DNA from: an uncultured Rhodobacteraceae bacterium
Lineage (GTDB): Bacteria; Pseudomonadota; Alphaproteobacteria; Rhodobacterales; Rhodobacteraceae
DNA length: 64,000 nucleotides
Direction: 5' to 3'
Assembly: GCA_947498415.1 (NCBI GenBank)
Contig: CANMKB010000007.1
Span: 9,393 to 73,392 of the forward strand
A model generated the notes under the pieces. The model had not been told where the DNA came from. It did not search any database and saw nothing but the letters and a program-made list of their open reading frames with translations. Shown piece by piece: positions 1-10,150 of this stretch; the first letter of the stretch is position 1; each line of letters opens with the position of its first letter. The position numbers were made by a program, and so were the translations under genes.

Positions 1-1
1 T

Positions 2-37
2 GAGGCCGTACCAGAGCTTACCGATAAAGTCGGTTAA
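2..37 (+). CDS. etfA: 3' end of electron transfer flavoprotein alpha subunit (partial, runs off window)
   Basis: Frame from nt 2 reads EAVPELTDKVG*, matching the typical EtfA C-terminus (DLFEAVPEL..). etfAB normally precedes hbd in this group. Only 11 codons visible. Confidence 0.7.
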   Translation, partial: EAVPELTDKVG

Positions 38-61
38 GCTTTGAGTCTCACATTAATGATT

Positions 62-88
62 GGCCCGCCTTGTTAGGTGGGCCTTTTT
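62..88 (+). terminator. Rho-independent terminator after etfA
   Basis: GGCCCGCC-ttgtta-GGTGGGCC stem (one G-U pair) followed by TTTTT. Confidence 0.7.
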
Positions 89-927
89 ACATTCAGCTTA
101 AGCATTCTTGGCCTCAATGCTTCTAGCAAAGTTGTGGCCGCCTCTTGGTGGGCCTGTGGCCCCAGCATGGCCTCCGCGGCTTTACGCTCCATAGGTGGAA
201 AGCACATCGCCCCTACCCCCTCTGACAACGCCTCTTGGCTAAGGTTGGCCTCAACTATTTCATCGACCTGCGGCCGCAATGCATCCAGCATCTCTTTATC
301 AATGAACAACGGGTCGTCCCAATCCGTATGTGTCAGCGTTTGACGTGATGGCACATGAGCTGCGAACCAAAACAATAACTTTGGCCCAGGCAGCATGTCC
401 AACATATCAGACATACGGGCACACCAAGCCGCACGCAGTTCTTGCCTTAGAAACGAAACGCGTTCTGATGTCCGCTCAGCAAGGCTTTGCAGCATGTGTC
501 GAGTAAAGTTGAATTCGGTAAAGTCCACTTCGCTAAACACCGCTTGCATCATCGACGATGCTGTCAAAAACCGATCATTGCGGCGCGGATGCACCCGGTA
601 GAAACGATTAGACATATTCAGCGCCCCCACGACCTGAATAACCGTCACCTCGGCCTTGCTTGCAATCGATAAGATTTCCGGGTCTTTCATAAACACGTCC
701 AACCCAGCATTCACGCAGCCAAAATTGATGCAAGGCATCCCCAAGGAACGTTGAATGATGTCAGGGTATGGATATTCAATGTACTTCCCAAATGTCTCTG
801 TCCCCCCAAGGACGGCAACATATGGTTCGTCTAAATCGCGCTTTGGCCCCCGGAAATCCACCCGAGAGTCACCATATCGGCAAAGACGATAGTCTAATGC
901 CGAGTTTAAACTGTGATGAACAGTCAT
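73..927 (-). CDS. DUF6473-like conserved Rhodobacterales protein
   Basis: Long ORF. LDYRLCRYG..FRGP..GGTETFGKY..NFGCVNAG and NRFYRVHPRRNDRF resemble the DUF6473 family as I recall it. ATG at 927 preferred over GTG at 936. Confidence 0.7.
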   Translation of the reverse strand: MTVHHSLNSALDYRLCRYGDSRVDFRGPKRDLDEPYVAVLGGTETFGKYIEYPYPDIIQRSLGMPCINFGCVNAGLDVFMKDPEILSIASKAEVTVIQVVGALNMSNRFYRVHPRRNDRFLTASSMMQAVFSEVDFTEFNFTRHMLQSLAERTSERVSFLRQELRAAWCARMSDMLDMLPGPKLLFWFAAHVPSRQTLTHTDWDDPLFIDKEMLDALRPQVDEIVEANLSQEALSEGVGAMCFPPMERKAAEAMLGPQAHQEAATTLLEALRPRMLKLNVKRPT

Positions 928-1086
928 ATCACCCACCTAATTTTCTCACCCACTGGAGAAATTGAGCGATTCCTGTTTAGAAATGGCTAAAGGCGCAATT
1001 TTCAAAAATTTTTTACGGTTTCCGCCCCTTGCGGCAGCTGTAACCTCATGCGTAAGGTCTTTGTGTTGATCGGAAGGATGGATTGA

Positions 1087-1962
1087 ATGGACGTCAAATC
1101 AATCGGAGTTGTTGGCGCAGGACAAATGGGGAATGGTATTGCCCATGTTATGTCGCTTGCAGGCTACAACGTTGTTCTCAATGACATTTCACAAGACAGT
1201 CTAGAAGCGGCTGTTGCACGCATCGACAAAAACCTGACGCGTCAGGTTTCACGTGAGTTAATCTCAGAGGCTGATAAAGCCGCAGCGCTTGCACGCATTC
1301 AAACGACTCTTACCCCAGAAATCGTGGGGCAAACTGATCTGATCATCGAAGCCGCAACTGAAAACGAAGAGATCAAATACAAAATCTTTGAAGGTCTTCT
1401 GCCCCATTTGCAGCCACACACAATCCTAACGTCCAATACGTCATCGATCTCTATCACGCGCCTTGCAAGCCGCACGGATCGCCCAGAAAAGTTCATGGGC
1501 TTTCATTTCATGAACCCGGTACCGCTGATGAAACTGGTCGAATTGATCCGAGGTATTGCGACAGATGAAGACACGTATAAAACCTGTCTTGGCATCGTTG
1601 ATAACCTCGGAAAAACAGCTGCATCTGCCGAAGATTTCCCAGCCTTTATCGTAAATCGCATTCTCATTCCGATGATCAATGAGGCCTGCTACACACTCTA
1701 CGAAGGTGTAGGAAATGTCGCCTCTATTGATAACGCTATGAAACTTGGCGCAAACCATCCGATGGGCCCGCTAGAGCTTGCTGACTTCATCGGTTTGGAT
1801 ACGTGCCTTGCGATTATGAACGTGTTGCACGACGGGCTTGCCGATACAAAATATCGCCCCTGCCCGCTTCTGACAAAATACGTCGAAGCAGGATGGCTTG
1901 GCCGAAAAACCAAGCGCGGTTTTTATGACTACAGAGGCGATACACCCATTCCAACGCGCTAA
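1087..1962 (+). CDS. hbd: 3-hydroxybutyryl-CoA dehydrogenase
   Basis: GAGQMGNG Rossmann motif, SNTSS, HFMNPVP, NHPMGPLELAD. Confidence 0.95.
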   Translation: MDVKSIGVVGAGQMGNGIAHVMSLAGYNVVLNDISQDSLEAAVARIDKNLTRQVSRELISEADKAAALARIQTTLTPEIVGQTDLIIEAATENEEIKYKIFEGLLPHLQPHTILTSNTSSISITRLASRTDRPEKFMGFHFMNPVPLMKLVELIRGIATDEDTYKTCLGIVDNLGKTAASAEDFPAFIVNRILIPMINEACYTLYEGVGNVASIDNAMKLGANHPMGPLELADFIGLDTCLAIMNVLHDGLADTKYRPCPLLTKYVEAGWLGRKTKRGFYDYRGDTPIPTR

Positions 1963-1977
1963 AAGGCGCGTTGCGAC

Positions 1978-2871
1978 TTAGGCAGAATTTGCTTGTTTTC
2001 CAAGCGCCAAAGTATGCTCACGCAGCCATGCCATAAAGCCGCGTGGATCGCTTTGGAGGCGTTCCATCTGCTCATCCGTTAGCGGAGCCCCCACAACCGG
2101 GCCCTGCGGCCGATGGCAAGACTTAACGATCTCATGCAGCAACAAACCCTGGCGTAAAATTGGTGAGATACGGTTGGCCATTTGATACCAACGCGTGTTT
2201 TGACCTGGGAAAAAGATTGGAACCACGCGCGCGCCGGAACGGCGGATAAGCTGCGCGGTGAATACGTTCCATTCACGCTCGACAACCGGCCCAAACAAGG
2301 TATCCGAGGACGAAACCACACCGGATGGGAACAGCGCAACAACACCGTTGTCTTTTAAAAACGCCATGGTCTTTGCCCGCATTTCAACCATTTTTCGTTG
2401 CGCTTCTGGATCATGTGGGAACGGCACCGGAATCATGAAAGACGTCGCCGCCTCATCCAATCCCGCAAGCACTGAACGTGTCAGAATGCGGTAGTCTTGG
2501 CGGACTCGCCCAATCAGATCAGCAAGGATCATCCCGTCGACCAGACCGTGTGGGTGGTTTGCCACCACAACAACAGGCCCATCTGCCGGAATATTTTTAA
2601 GCTGCTCTTCAGGGGTGGTCAGATCGATCCCCATCACATCGAGAGCCCCGCGCCAAAAGTTTTGGCCACGGTACTTTTCGTTGTCCTTCTCAAACTTGTT
2701 CACCATCTTCAGGATAGAGAGTTTTCCCGTCAGCCATTCGATGGTTTTGATCGCTGTCGAAGTCCAGTTATCATCAAAAGAGTTGGCATAGGTCAGCGTG
2801 CGGCGATCATACACTTCGCCTTCGCTATCTGTCTCAGCTGAGACGTCGACTTGAGATGACTTATCCAACAC
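1978..2871 (-). CDS. Lysophospholipid/glycerolipid acyltransferase family protein
   Basis: NHPHGLVDG (HX4D) and FPSG acyltransferase motifs. Confidence 0.85.
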   Translation of the reverse strand: MLDKSSQVDVSAETDSEGEVYDRRTLTYANSFDDNWTSTAIKTIEWLTGKLSILKMVNKFEKDNEKYRGQNFWRGALDVMGIDLTTPEEQLKNIPADGPVVVVANHPHGLVDGMILADLIGRVRQDYRILTRSVLAGLDEAATSFMIPVPFPHDPEAQRKMVEMRAKTMAFLKDNGVVALFPSGVVSSSDTLFGPVVEREWNVFTAQLIRRSGARVVPIFFPGQNTRWYQMANRISPILRQGLLLHEIVKSCHRPQGPVVGAPLTDEQMERLQSDPRGFMAWLREHTLALGKQANSA

Positions 2872-2913
2872 GATCTACTTCCTGTTCAAAGCACTATCTA
2901 ACGGCACAGGCCG

Positions 2914-3192
2914 TTAGAAGCCTTCTCCGAACTTGTCGGCGACAAGCGCCTGAATTGCCTTTGCAAGCGCTTCTGCGTCTGGACCCGTTGTTGCGACTTC
3001 AATCTGGGTTCCACGAGATGCAGCAAGCATAAGTAATCCCATAATGCTGTCTCCACCGGTGCTCAACCCATCCTTGGATACGGTTGCCTCAGCGTCAAAT
3101 CCTTCAACGACCTCTACAAGTTTGGCCGATGCGCGAGCATGGAGACCTTTTTCATTTACGATCTCAAGGGTCAGCGTGGAAGTGTCAGCCAT
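2914..3192 (-). CDS. ptsH: HPr/NPr phosphocarrier protein
   Basis: NEKGLHARASAK (His15 motif) and DSIMGLLML (Ser46 region). Start trimmed to ATG 3192. Confidence 0.92.
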   Translation of the reverse strand: MADTSTLTLEIVNEKGLHARASAKLVEVVEGFDAEATVSKDGLSTGGDSIMGLLMLAASRGTQIEVATTGPDAEALAKAIQALVADKFGEGF

Positions 3193-3196
3193 AATT

Positions 3197-3589
3197 TTAG
3201 CCCGTCTTAATGTTCTGGCTGTCGAGGTATTTCCGTCCAGCATCGAGCGCCACACGCACAGCTTCATTCACTGTAAGATGACGACTTTTGGCAAGTTTTA
3301 TCAACATCGGCAGGTTGGCGCCATAGACGATGCGTCGATTTTCCGGGCAACATGCGCGTAATGACAAATTCGACGGCGATCCACCGAACATATCAGTCAC
3401 TATCACCACACCTTCACCCATGTCGACATGATCAGCAGCCTCACAAATTTCACTTTGCTTCAAAGAACGATCATGGTCAGCCTCAATGGTGATGGCTTGC
3501 ACCCCTTTTTGGGCACCAACAACGTGTTCGACCGCCGCAAGATATTCTCGCGCCAATCCACCATGAGCAACTATGACAATTCCAATCAC
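3197..3589 (-). CDS. PTS EIIA component, mannose/fructose type (ManX-like)
   Basis: IVIVAHGGLA, TDMFGGSPSN and GANLPML motifs; canonical position between rapZ and HPr. Confidence 0.9.
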   Translation of the reverse strand: MIGIVIVAHGGLAREYLAAVEHVVGAQKGVQAITIEADHDRSLKQSEICEAADHVDMGEGVVIVTDMFGGSPSNLSLRACCPENRRIVYGANLPMLIKLAKSRHLTVNEAVRVALDAGRKYLDSQNIKTG

Positions 3590-4509
3590 GCTTTTGCTTC
3601 TCCGCTACCAGCCTTATGAGATTCGGCAGCGCCTCCCGTTTCGCGCCGATCTAGTTCGCGATGCCTTATTGACACCTGCCAACCTTGCTGCGCAAGAGCC
3701 TCTGCAAGCTTTTCCGTCATGAAAACTGACCGATGTTGCCCACCGGTACACCCCAAGCCGATACTGAGATGCGACTTTCCTTCATCTCGATAGGCCGGAA
3801 GGAGAAACTCCGTCATTTCGTGCAACCTATCAAAGAATTCCGCGAATCTCTTGTCCTGCGAAACGTATTCTCCAACAGCTGGGTCTCGGCCATCCAAGCC
3901 ACGCAGATTCTTATCCCAATACGGGTTACGCAAGAAACGGCAATCAAATGCCATATCGATCCCCTGCGGCAAACCACGTTTGTAACTAAAACTCATTAGC
4001 GTCAGCGCCAAAAGCGCTTCGGCTCTTGGTGCAAAGTCGCGCTCTAGCGCTTCTCTCAGGCTGTGAACCGTTAATTCAGACGTGTTGATCAAATAATCTG
4101 CTCGGTCTCGCACAGTCGACAGCAAGTCGCGCTCAAGGTCGATGCCTACGCTGGCGCTATCATGCGGAGACATGGGGTGTCGGCGCCGTGTCTCGCTGTA
4201 CCGGCGCTGCAATACCTCACGGCTGCAATCCAGATACAGCACTTCGGGGTCAAACGCGCTCAACTCTGCAAGCAGCTCGAGCAGCGCTTCCGGAGAAAAT
4301 TCACGTGTTCTAGTATCTAGCCCCAGCGCCAATGGTCGATCCAAAGGGTCTGTGGACAAAAGCCGCGACACAAGGCCAAGAGGAAGATTGTCTATCGTTT
4401 CATAGCCAAGATCTTCGAGCACCTTAATTGAGGTTGACCGCCCGGCTCCCGAAGGGCCCGTGACGAGAACCAACCTTGGCTGTTTGTCTGCTATCATCAC
4501 TCGCTTCAT
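3586..4509 (-). CDS. rapZ: RNase adapter RapZ (YhbJ/YvcJ P-loop protein)
   Basis: GPSGAGRS, DNLP, SFSYKRG, DCRFLRNP, GCTGGQHRSV. Confidence 0.93.
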   Translation of the reverse strand: MKRVMIADKQPRLVLVTGPSGAGRSTSIKVLEDLGYETIDNLPLGLVSRLLSTDPLDRPLALGLDTRTREFSPEALLELLAELSAFDPEVLYLDCSREVLQRRYSETRRRHPMSPHDSASVGIDLERDLLSTVRDRADYLINTSELTVHSLREALERDFAPRAEALLALTLMSFSYKRGLPQGIDMAFDCRFLRNPYWDKNLRGLDGRDPAVGEYVSQDKRFAEFFDRLHEMTEFLLPAYRDEGKSHLSIGLGCTGGQHRSVFMTEKLAEALAQQGWQVSIRHRELDRRETGGAAESHKAGSGEAKA

Positions 4510-4983
4510 CTACGCACTCCGCCCGCAGTCCAAAAGTTGAAGTATGGCTGCACTAAAATGTGGGGATGAAACTTTAAAAAGCAAAGGGAGACGATGACCA
4601 AGTAGCGTAATTGTGTGAGCGTAGGGAAGCCGGTTGGCCTCTTCTTGATCCAATGACACCACAAGCTGAAGGCAAACTGAACTAGTATACTCTGCTTTCA
4701 ATATCCCGACGCCACGAGCCTCGATGAGACCTTGCAGGGCTTTGGGCGTTCGCGCCACCAGTTTTCCTTGGCTTTGATCGACGATGGTTTGATCGTCAGA
4801 CACCAGCACGGCGCCCTGCGCCATCAGCTCTAAAGCAAGGGCTGACTTCCCTGTGCCCGATGCGCCCAATACCAAGACTCCCTTGTTTTTGTATGCAACG
4901 CATGTGCCATGTATCGGGCCGGAATGAACAAGGCCGCTGTCAATCGACTGCGGCCCTGTATTCACTTTGTCTTTTTCGCGCAT
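4510..4983 (-). CDS. hprK: Short alphaproteobacterial HPr kinase/phosphorylase
   Basis: GASGTGKS Walker A, SDDQ, GLIEARGVGI; follows chvG. Start trimmed to ATG 4983. Confidence 0.88.
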   Translation of the reverse strand: MREKDKVNTGPQSIDSGLVHSGPIHGTCVAYKNKGVLVLGASGTGKSALALELMAQGAVLVSDDQTIVDQSQGKLVARTPKALQGLIEARGVGILKAEYTSSVCLQLVVSLDQEEANRLPYAHTITLLGHRLPLLFKVSSPHFSAAILQLLDCGRSA

Positions 4984-4987
4984 GTTC

Positions 4988-6685
4988 TTAGACTGGCAAA
5001 CCGACGACAAACCGTGCACCCAAAGGATCAGAGGTTATATCTGCTTCAGTTGGGCGGATGTTTTCAGCCCAGATCACGCCCCCATGCGCTTCGACAATCT
5101 GTTTGGAAATCGCCAGACCAAGGCCTGAATTGTTGCCAAACTGATCTTCCGGGCGTTCGGAGTAAAAGCGATTAAAGATCTTTCCAAGCGCCTGATCTGG
5201 AATGCCAGGTCCGGTATCTTCGACGACAACCAGCACACGGTTTTGACGCTTGCGCACCCAAACCCGGATGGCATCGCCATCTTCACAAAAGCTGGTCGCA
5301 TTCGTGATAAGGTTCACAAAAACCTGCGCTAAGCGTGCTTCAAGGCCGGTGATTTCGATCGGCTTGGACGGCAGATCATCAATAAAGTCGATACCTTTCG
5401 CCCGTGCATCTTCGCCAAGATACTGGGTGAGGTTGCCGATCATGCTGACTAGGTTGAACTGCTCTTCTTCTTCTTTGACCAGCTCGGCATCCAAACGTGA
5501 GGCGTTTGAAATATCACTGACCAGTCGATCCAGGCGACGCACGTCATGCTCGATCACATCCAAAAGTTTTTGACGGTGATCTTCGCGCTTTACCATACGA
5601 AGTGAGCCAACCGCAGAGCGAAGGCTTGCAAGCGGGTTCTTAATCTCATGTGCAACATCTGCTGCGAATTGTTCATTGCTATCGATGCGTTCGTACAATG
5701 CACCAACCATACCCCGAAGTGCACCGCTTAGGCGGCCAATTTCATCGGGGCGCGCTGTCAGATCGGGGATGCGAACGCGGCCAGGATTAACTTGTCGGGA
5801 ATCACGATCTTTACCAATTTCAGCAGCCGCGGCGAGATCGCTCAGCGGGTTTGAAATTGTTGAGGCCAAAACGATAGACAAACCGACAGAGATCAGGATT
5901 GCCATCAGGAACATCTGCAAAATGCGCTCGCGTTGCTGCAACACAATTTGGTCGACTTCGCCCGCTGCGCTTGTCACGACGACCATGCCCACCGGGCTAC
6001 CAAGTTGATCAAGGGCAGAAGCGGCCGCAAAAACCGTTTCACCCGTTGCATTTTGTAGCGTTGCAAATGTCTCACCACCATCCAATGCGGATTGTAAAAA
6101 GGCATTCACCTGATCATTCAGCACAGATGGATCAGACGATGCGTTCTGATCACCTGAAACCTTGCTCCAGGCCCATGCAAGCGCGTTTGACAAAGGTGTG
6201 CCGCGCGCAACCATGGCGCTTTTCTCAGGGCCCGCTGCCTCGGCAACGACAAGCGCATTGAGATCAGACACCAATGCACGTGCGCCTGCCGCAAGCGGGA
6301 GCTGTGCTAAGGTTGCCGACGCATCAACACCATCACCAGTGACAAGATTTACCGGAGCCCCATTCGGCATCTGCACTTTCAGAGCGGAAGCGATCAAGTT
6401 TGCTTCGGTTTGCAAAGCCGCGCTTCGTTGGTCAACGAAATTAGAACGTGCCGAACTGAGATATAGAATACCGGCAACCAAAAAGCACAGAGCAATCAAG
6501 TTGAACGTTATGATCTTACGCGTCAGCGGTGATTTACCAAGCGGTGACAAACGGGGCCGCTCACGACGCCCCCGCATTTCGCGTTCGACAGTGGATTCTG
6601 GTGCAACCCAGTCATCCCCTAGAACTACATCACCTTCACGACCTTGTGCCATATTCCCAGCACTTATCCCTTCGGCCAACGCCAT
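4988..6685 (-). CDS. chvG: Sensor histidine kinase ChvG/ExoS
   Basis: Two TM segments, HAMP domain, H-box ADVAHEIKNPL, N/G boxes (NLITNA, DTGPGI, GLGLAIS). Start overlaps the chvI stop. Confidence 0.92.
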   Translation of the reverse strand: MALAEGISAGNMAQGREGDVVLGDDWVAPESTVEREMRGRRERPRLSPLGKSPLTRKIITFNLIALCFLVAGILYLSSARSNFVDQRSAALQTEANLIASALKVQMPNGAPVNLVTGDGVDASATLAQLPLAAGARALVSDLNALVVAEAAGPEKSAMVARGTPLSNALAWAWSKVSGDQNASSDPSVLNDQVNAFLQSALDGGETFATLQNATGETVFAAASALDQLGSPVGMVVVTSAAGEVDQIVLQQRERILQMFLMAILISVGLSIVLASTISNPLSDLAAAAEIGKDRDSRQVNPGRVRIPDLTARPDEIGRLSGALRGMVGALYERIDSNEQFAADVAHEIKNPLASLRSAVGSLRMVKREDHRQKLLDVIEHDVRRLDRLVSDISNASRLDAELVKEEEEQFNLVSMIGNLTQYLGEDARAKGIDFIDDLPSKPIEITGLEARLAQVFVNLITNATSFCEDGDAIRVWVRKRQNRVLVVVEDTGPGIPDQALGKIFNRFYSERPEDQFGNNSGLGLAISKQIVEAHGGVIWAENIRPTEADITSDPLGARFVVGLPV

Positions 6686-7389
6686 TATTCTTCGTTGTAC
6701 CTATAACCAATGCCATAAAGGGTCTCAATCGCAGAGAACTCATTATCGGCGGTACGCATTTTCTTGCGCAGGCGTTTGATGTGGCTGTCGATCGTACGGT
6801 CGTCGACATAAACCTGATCGTCATAGGCCACGTCCATCAGCTGGTCGCGAGACTTCACAAAGCCTGGACGCTGCGCGAGGGCTTGAAGCAGCAAGAACTC
6901 TGTTACGGTCAACGTAACATCATTGCCTTTCCAAGTTACGGCATGACGAAGCGGATCCATCGACAGTTCACCGCGCACCATAACTTTGGTGTCTTCAGTA
7001 TCGCCTTCGACGATGTTTCCGGCCTGTGCCTCTTGGCGACGCAGCAAAGCGCGAATACGCTCTACGAGCAAACGCTGGCTGAATGGCTTTTTGACATAGT
7101 CATCCGCGCCCATGCGCAGACCAAGCACCTCATCAATTTCATCATCTTTCGATGTGAGGAAGATGACAGGCATCGAGGTTTTCTGGCGCAGGCGCTGCAA
7201 CAGATCCATGCCATCCATGCGGGGCATCTTGATGTCCAGCACAGCCATATCAGGTAATTTACGGTTAAACGCGTCCAGTGCCTGCTGGCCGTCGTTGTAA
7301 GTTTCAACTTCGAAACCTTCCGCCTCAAGTGTCATGGAGACGGACGTCAGGATATTCCTGTCGTCGTCCACCAAAGCAATCTTGGACAT
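6685..7389 (-). CDS. chvI: OmpR-family response regulator ChvI
   Basis: [41 protein letters not shown]; divergent from pckA. Confidence 0.95.
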   Translation of the reverse strand: MSKIALVDDDRNILTSVSMTLEAEGFEVETYNDGQQALDAFNRKLPDMAVLDIKMPRMDGMDLLQRLRQKTSMPVIFLTSKDDEIDEVLGLRMGADDYVKKPFSQRLLVERIRALLRRQEAQAGNIVEGDTEDTKVMVRGELSMDPLRHAVTWKGNDVTLTVTEFLLLQALAQRPGFVKSRDQLMDVAYDDQVYVDDRTIDSHIKRLRKKMRTADNEFSAIETLYGIGYRYNEE

Positions 7390-7553
7390 AGGATAATTCC
7401 TTTTACTGCTCTTTATGTCTATTTTTTGTAGTCATTATGCGCAACTTTCCGCACATCAATCAATCCCAAACCGCGAATCACCTTGTTAGCGCCCCCATTT
7501 TTTGGGGTTTTTCTTAACCTGACGCTAATATGCATCGGATCAGCAAGATTGTT

Positions 7554-7567
7554 TCAAATCGTTTGCG
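7554..7567. promoter_or_regulatory. Candidate LacI-family operator upstream of pckA
   Basis: TCAAATCGTTTGCG approximates TGnAAnCGnTTnCA with a central CG. Confidence 0.35.
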
Positions 7568-7737
7568 TTAACATGCATTTGATTGCGCTAACTGTCCATT
7601 CGCGCCCTATTCAACGTCGAAAATCGCATGTTATGAGCTTCTCATCGGCCACGTGAGTGTGGCCGGCCAGCCACGGGTGAGACCCCCAGGTTGGATCCCA
7701 AATACGCCGCGATACCGCGGCAACCAGGAGTTTTACG

Positions 7738-9336
7738 ATGACATTTGGACGGGTAAACCCGCAATTCCGCCTCGAAGATCAAGGGATCGAAGGTCTGGGA
7801 AATGTCTATTATAACTTTATGGAGCCAGCGCTCGTCGAGACAGCGCTGAAAAACGGTGAAGGTACCCTGGGCAACGGCGGCGCCTTTCTGACAACGACTG
7901 GCAAATTTACAGGCCGGTCCCCTAAAGACAAATTTGTCGTTCAAACCGAGAGCGTCAAAGACTCGATCTGGTGGGAAAACAACGCTCCGATGACACCAGA
8001 AGGGTTTCACGCCCTTTATGACGATATGATCGCCCACATGAAGGGTAAGGACTATCATGTCCAGGATCTCGTCGGTGGTGCTGACCCTGCGCATTCCATC
8101 AATGTGCGCATGGTGACAGAACTGGCATGGCACGGCCTATTTATCCGCACCATGCTTCGTCGGCCAGATCGCGAAGATCTGGACGACTTCACAGCTGATT
8201 TCACTGTGATCAACTGCCCAAGCTTTAAAGCAGATCCAAAGAAACACGGTTGCCGCAGCGAGACTGTGATTGCATTGAACTTTGATCGCAAGGTGATCTT
8301 GATTGGCGGGACCGAGTACGCTGGTGAAAACAAGAAATCTGTATTCACTCTGCTGAACTACCTGTTGCCAGAAAAGGGCATCATGCCGATGCACTGCTCT
8401 GCCAACCACGCCAAAGGCAACCCAGTCGACACAGCGGTCTTCTTTGGTTTGTCTGGCACCGGGAAAACGACGCTCTCTGCCGATCCAAAACGTGTTCTGA
8501 TTGGTGACGACGAACATGGCTGGTCTGATCGCGGTACGTTCAACTTCGAAGGTGGCTGCTATGCAAAAACCATCAATTTGAACCCAGAGGCTGAACCTGA
8601 AATTTATGCGACCACGACAAAGTTCGGCACTGTCATCGAAAACATGGTGTTCGACGAAGAAACCAAAGAATTGGATTTCGCGGACGACAGCCTAACGGCA
8701 AACATGCGGTGCGCTTACCCGCTGCATTACATTTCGAACGCTTCAGAAACTGCGATTGGCGGTCATCCAAAGAATATCATCATGCTCACATGTGATGCCT
8801 TTGGTGTTCTGCCTCCAATCGCGCGTTTGACGCCAGCTCAGGCGATGTATCACTTCTTATCCGGCTTCACTTCTAAGGTTGCAGGCACAGAACGTGGTGT
8901 CACCGAGCCAGAACCGACATTCTCAACCTGCTTTGGTGCTCCATTTATGCCACGTCGCCCAGAAGCCTATGGCAATCTGCTGCGCGAAAAGATCGCAAAG
9001 CACGGCGCAACCTGTTGGTTGGTGAACACAGGTTGGACCGGTGGTGCCTATGGCACAGGGTCTCGTATGCCCATCAAAGCAACCCGCGCCCTGCTGACGG
9101 CCGCTTTGGATGGGTCTTTGGCAAACGCGGAATTCCGCAAGGATCCGAACTTTGGCTTTGATGTACCCGTGACTGTTCCTGGCGTTGCCGAAGTGTTGCT
9201 CGACCCTCGTCGCACATGGGACGACAAAGAAGGGTATGATGCACAGGCTGCTAAACTGGTCGAAATGTTCTCTGAGAACTTTGAGCAGTACCTGCCTTAC
9301 ATCGATTCAGACGTGAAATCTGCTGCAATCGGTTAA
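7738..9336 (+). CDS. pckA: Phosphoenolpyruvate carboxykinase (ATP)
   Basis: [44 protein letters not shown]. Confidence 0.97.
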   Translation: MTFGRVNPQFRLEDQGIEGLGNVYYNFMEPALVETALKNGEGTLGNGGAFLTTTGKFTGRSPKDKFVVQTESVKDSIWWENNAPMTPEGFHALYDDMIAHMKGKDYHVQDLVGGADPAHSINVRMVTELAWHGLFIRTMLRRPDREDLDDFTADFTVINCPSFKADPKKHGCRSETVIALNFDRKVILIGGTEYAGENKKSVFTLLNYLLPEKGIMPMHCSANHAKGNPVDTAVFFGLSGTGKTTLSADPKRVLIGDDEHGWSDRGTFNFEGGCYAKTINLNPEAEPEIYATTTKFGTVIENMVFDEETKELDFADDSLTANMRCAYPLHYISNASETAIGGHPKNIIMLTCDAFGVLPPIARLTPAQAMYHFLSGFTSKVAGTERGVTEPEPTFSTCFGAPFMPRRPEAYGNLLREKIAKHGATCWLVNTGWTGGAYGTGSRMPIKATRALLTAALDGSLANAEFRKDPNFGFDVPVTVPGVAEVLLDPRRTWDDKEGYDAQAAKLVEMFSENFEQYLPYIDSDVKSAAIG

Positions 9337-9355
9337 AGACCCCTAGTGACACAAA

Positions 9356-9390
9356 AGCCCCGGACCTCTTCAGTTCCGGGGCTGTTCTTT
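9356..9390 (+). terminator. Terminator after pckA, probably bidirectional with the thi operon
   Basis: AGCCCCGGA/TCCGGGGCT stem with an A-run on the left and a T-rich tail on the right, between convergent genes. Confidence 0.75.
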
Positions 9391-9406
9391 TGTCTGATCC
9401 AAATTG

Positions 9407-10150
9407 TTAACGGCTTTCTTCCGGATCCAAAAATTTACGACAAAATTTATCCGTCAACGCGTGCAGACACATCGTCATGACCGCAAGCACGATCAAGGCC
9501 GCAAACATCAAGTCAATCTTGGCGCGACCATTGGCCAAAAGCATCAGATAGCCTAACCCTTTGCTGGCACCAACCCATTCACCGATGATTGCCCCGATCG
9601 GGGCATAAACAGCGGCAAGCCGTAGGCCAGAGGCAAATCCGGCACGGGCAGCAGGGATACGAACATGTAACATCACGCGCCACTTATTGGCGCCCATCAC
9701 GCGGGCAAGACCAAGCCAGTCAGGATTGGCGCGAACAAGACCATCAAAGAACGCAGAGGTCACGGGGAAGTAAACAATAATAAGCGACATGACGACTTTG
9801 GAGGTCATGCCAAACCCAAACCAAAGGTTCAGAATCGGCGCTAAGGCGAAGACCGGGATCGCTTGAACGAACACCAGAAGTGGCCGCACCAAGGCTCGTA
9901 CGGTTCGGGATGACGCCAGAAGGATTGCACTTAGACCACCGATTAAAGCGCCTAAGACAAGCCCTAGCATGACCTCGACAAACGTCACCCAGGTGTTTTC
10001 AAGTATCGTGACACGGCTTTTCCAGAGCGTCTCAGCCACCAAACCCGGACCGGGCAGAATGAACTTCTGCATATCGCCAAGCGTCACAACCGCTTGCCAA
10101 ATGGCGACACCTAAAAGTGCCGAAGCCAATCCTGCTTTCCAGCCCTGCAT
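9407..10150 (-). CDS. thiX: ABC permease, ThiX-like (pyrimidine precursor uptake)
   Basis: SsuC/TauC-type permease with an EAA-like loop; last gene of the TPP-controlled operon. ATG 10150 overlaps the upstream TGA. Confidence 0.8.
   Translation of the reverse strand: MQGWKAGLASALLGVAIWQAVVTLGDMQKFILPGPGLVAETLWKSRVTILENTWVTFVEVMLGLVLGALIGGLSAILLASSRTVRALVRPLLVFVQAIPVFALAPILNLWFGFGMTSKVVMSLIIVYFPVTSAFFDGLVRANPDWLGLARVMGANKWRVMLHVRIPAARAGFASGLRLAAVYAPIGAIIGEWVGASKGLGYLMLLANGRAKIDLMFAALIVLAVMTMCLHALTDKFCRKFLDPEESR

Noticed and set aside
976-991. TTTAG-N6-CTAAA resembling an Irr ICE box
   Set aside because: One base short of TTTAGAA-N3-TTCTAAA, and the neighbouring genes are not iron-related.
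4420-4480. RapZ Walker A ending GRS instead of GKS as a sign of inactivation
   Set aside because: Arg at this position is, as I recall, common in alphaproteobacterial RapZ; the rest of the protein is intact.
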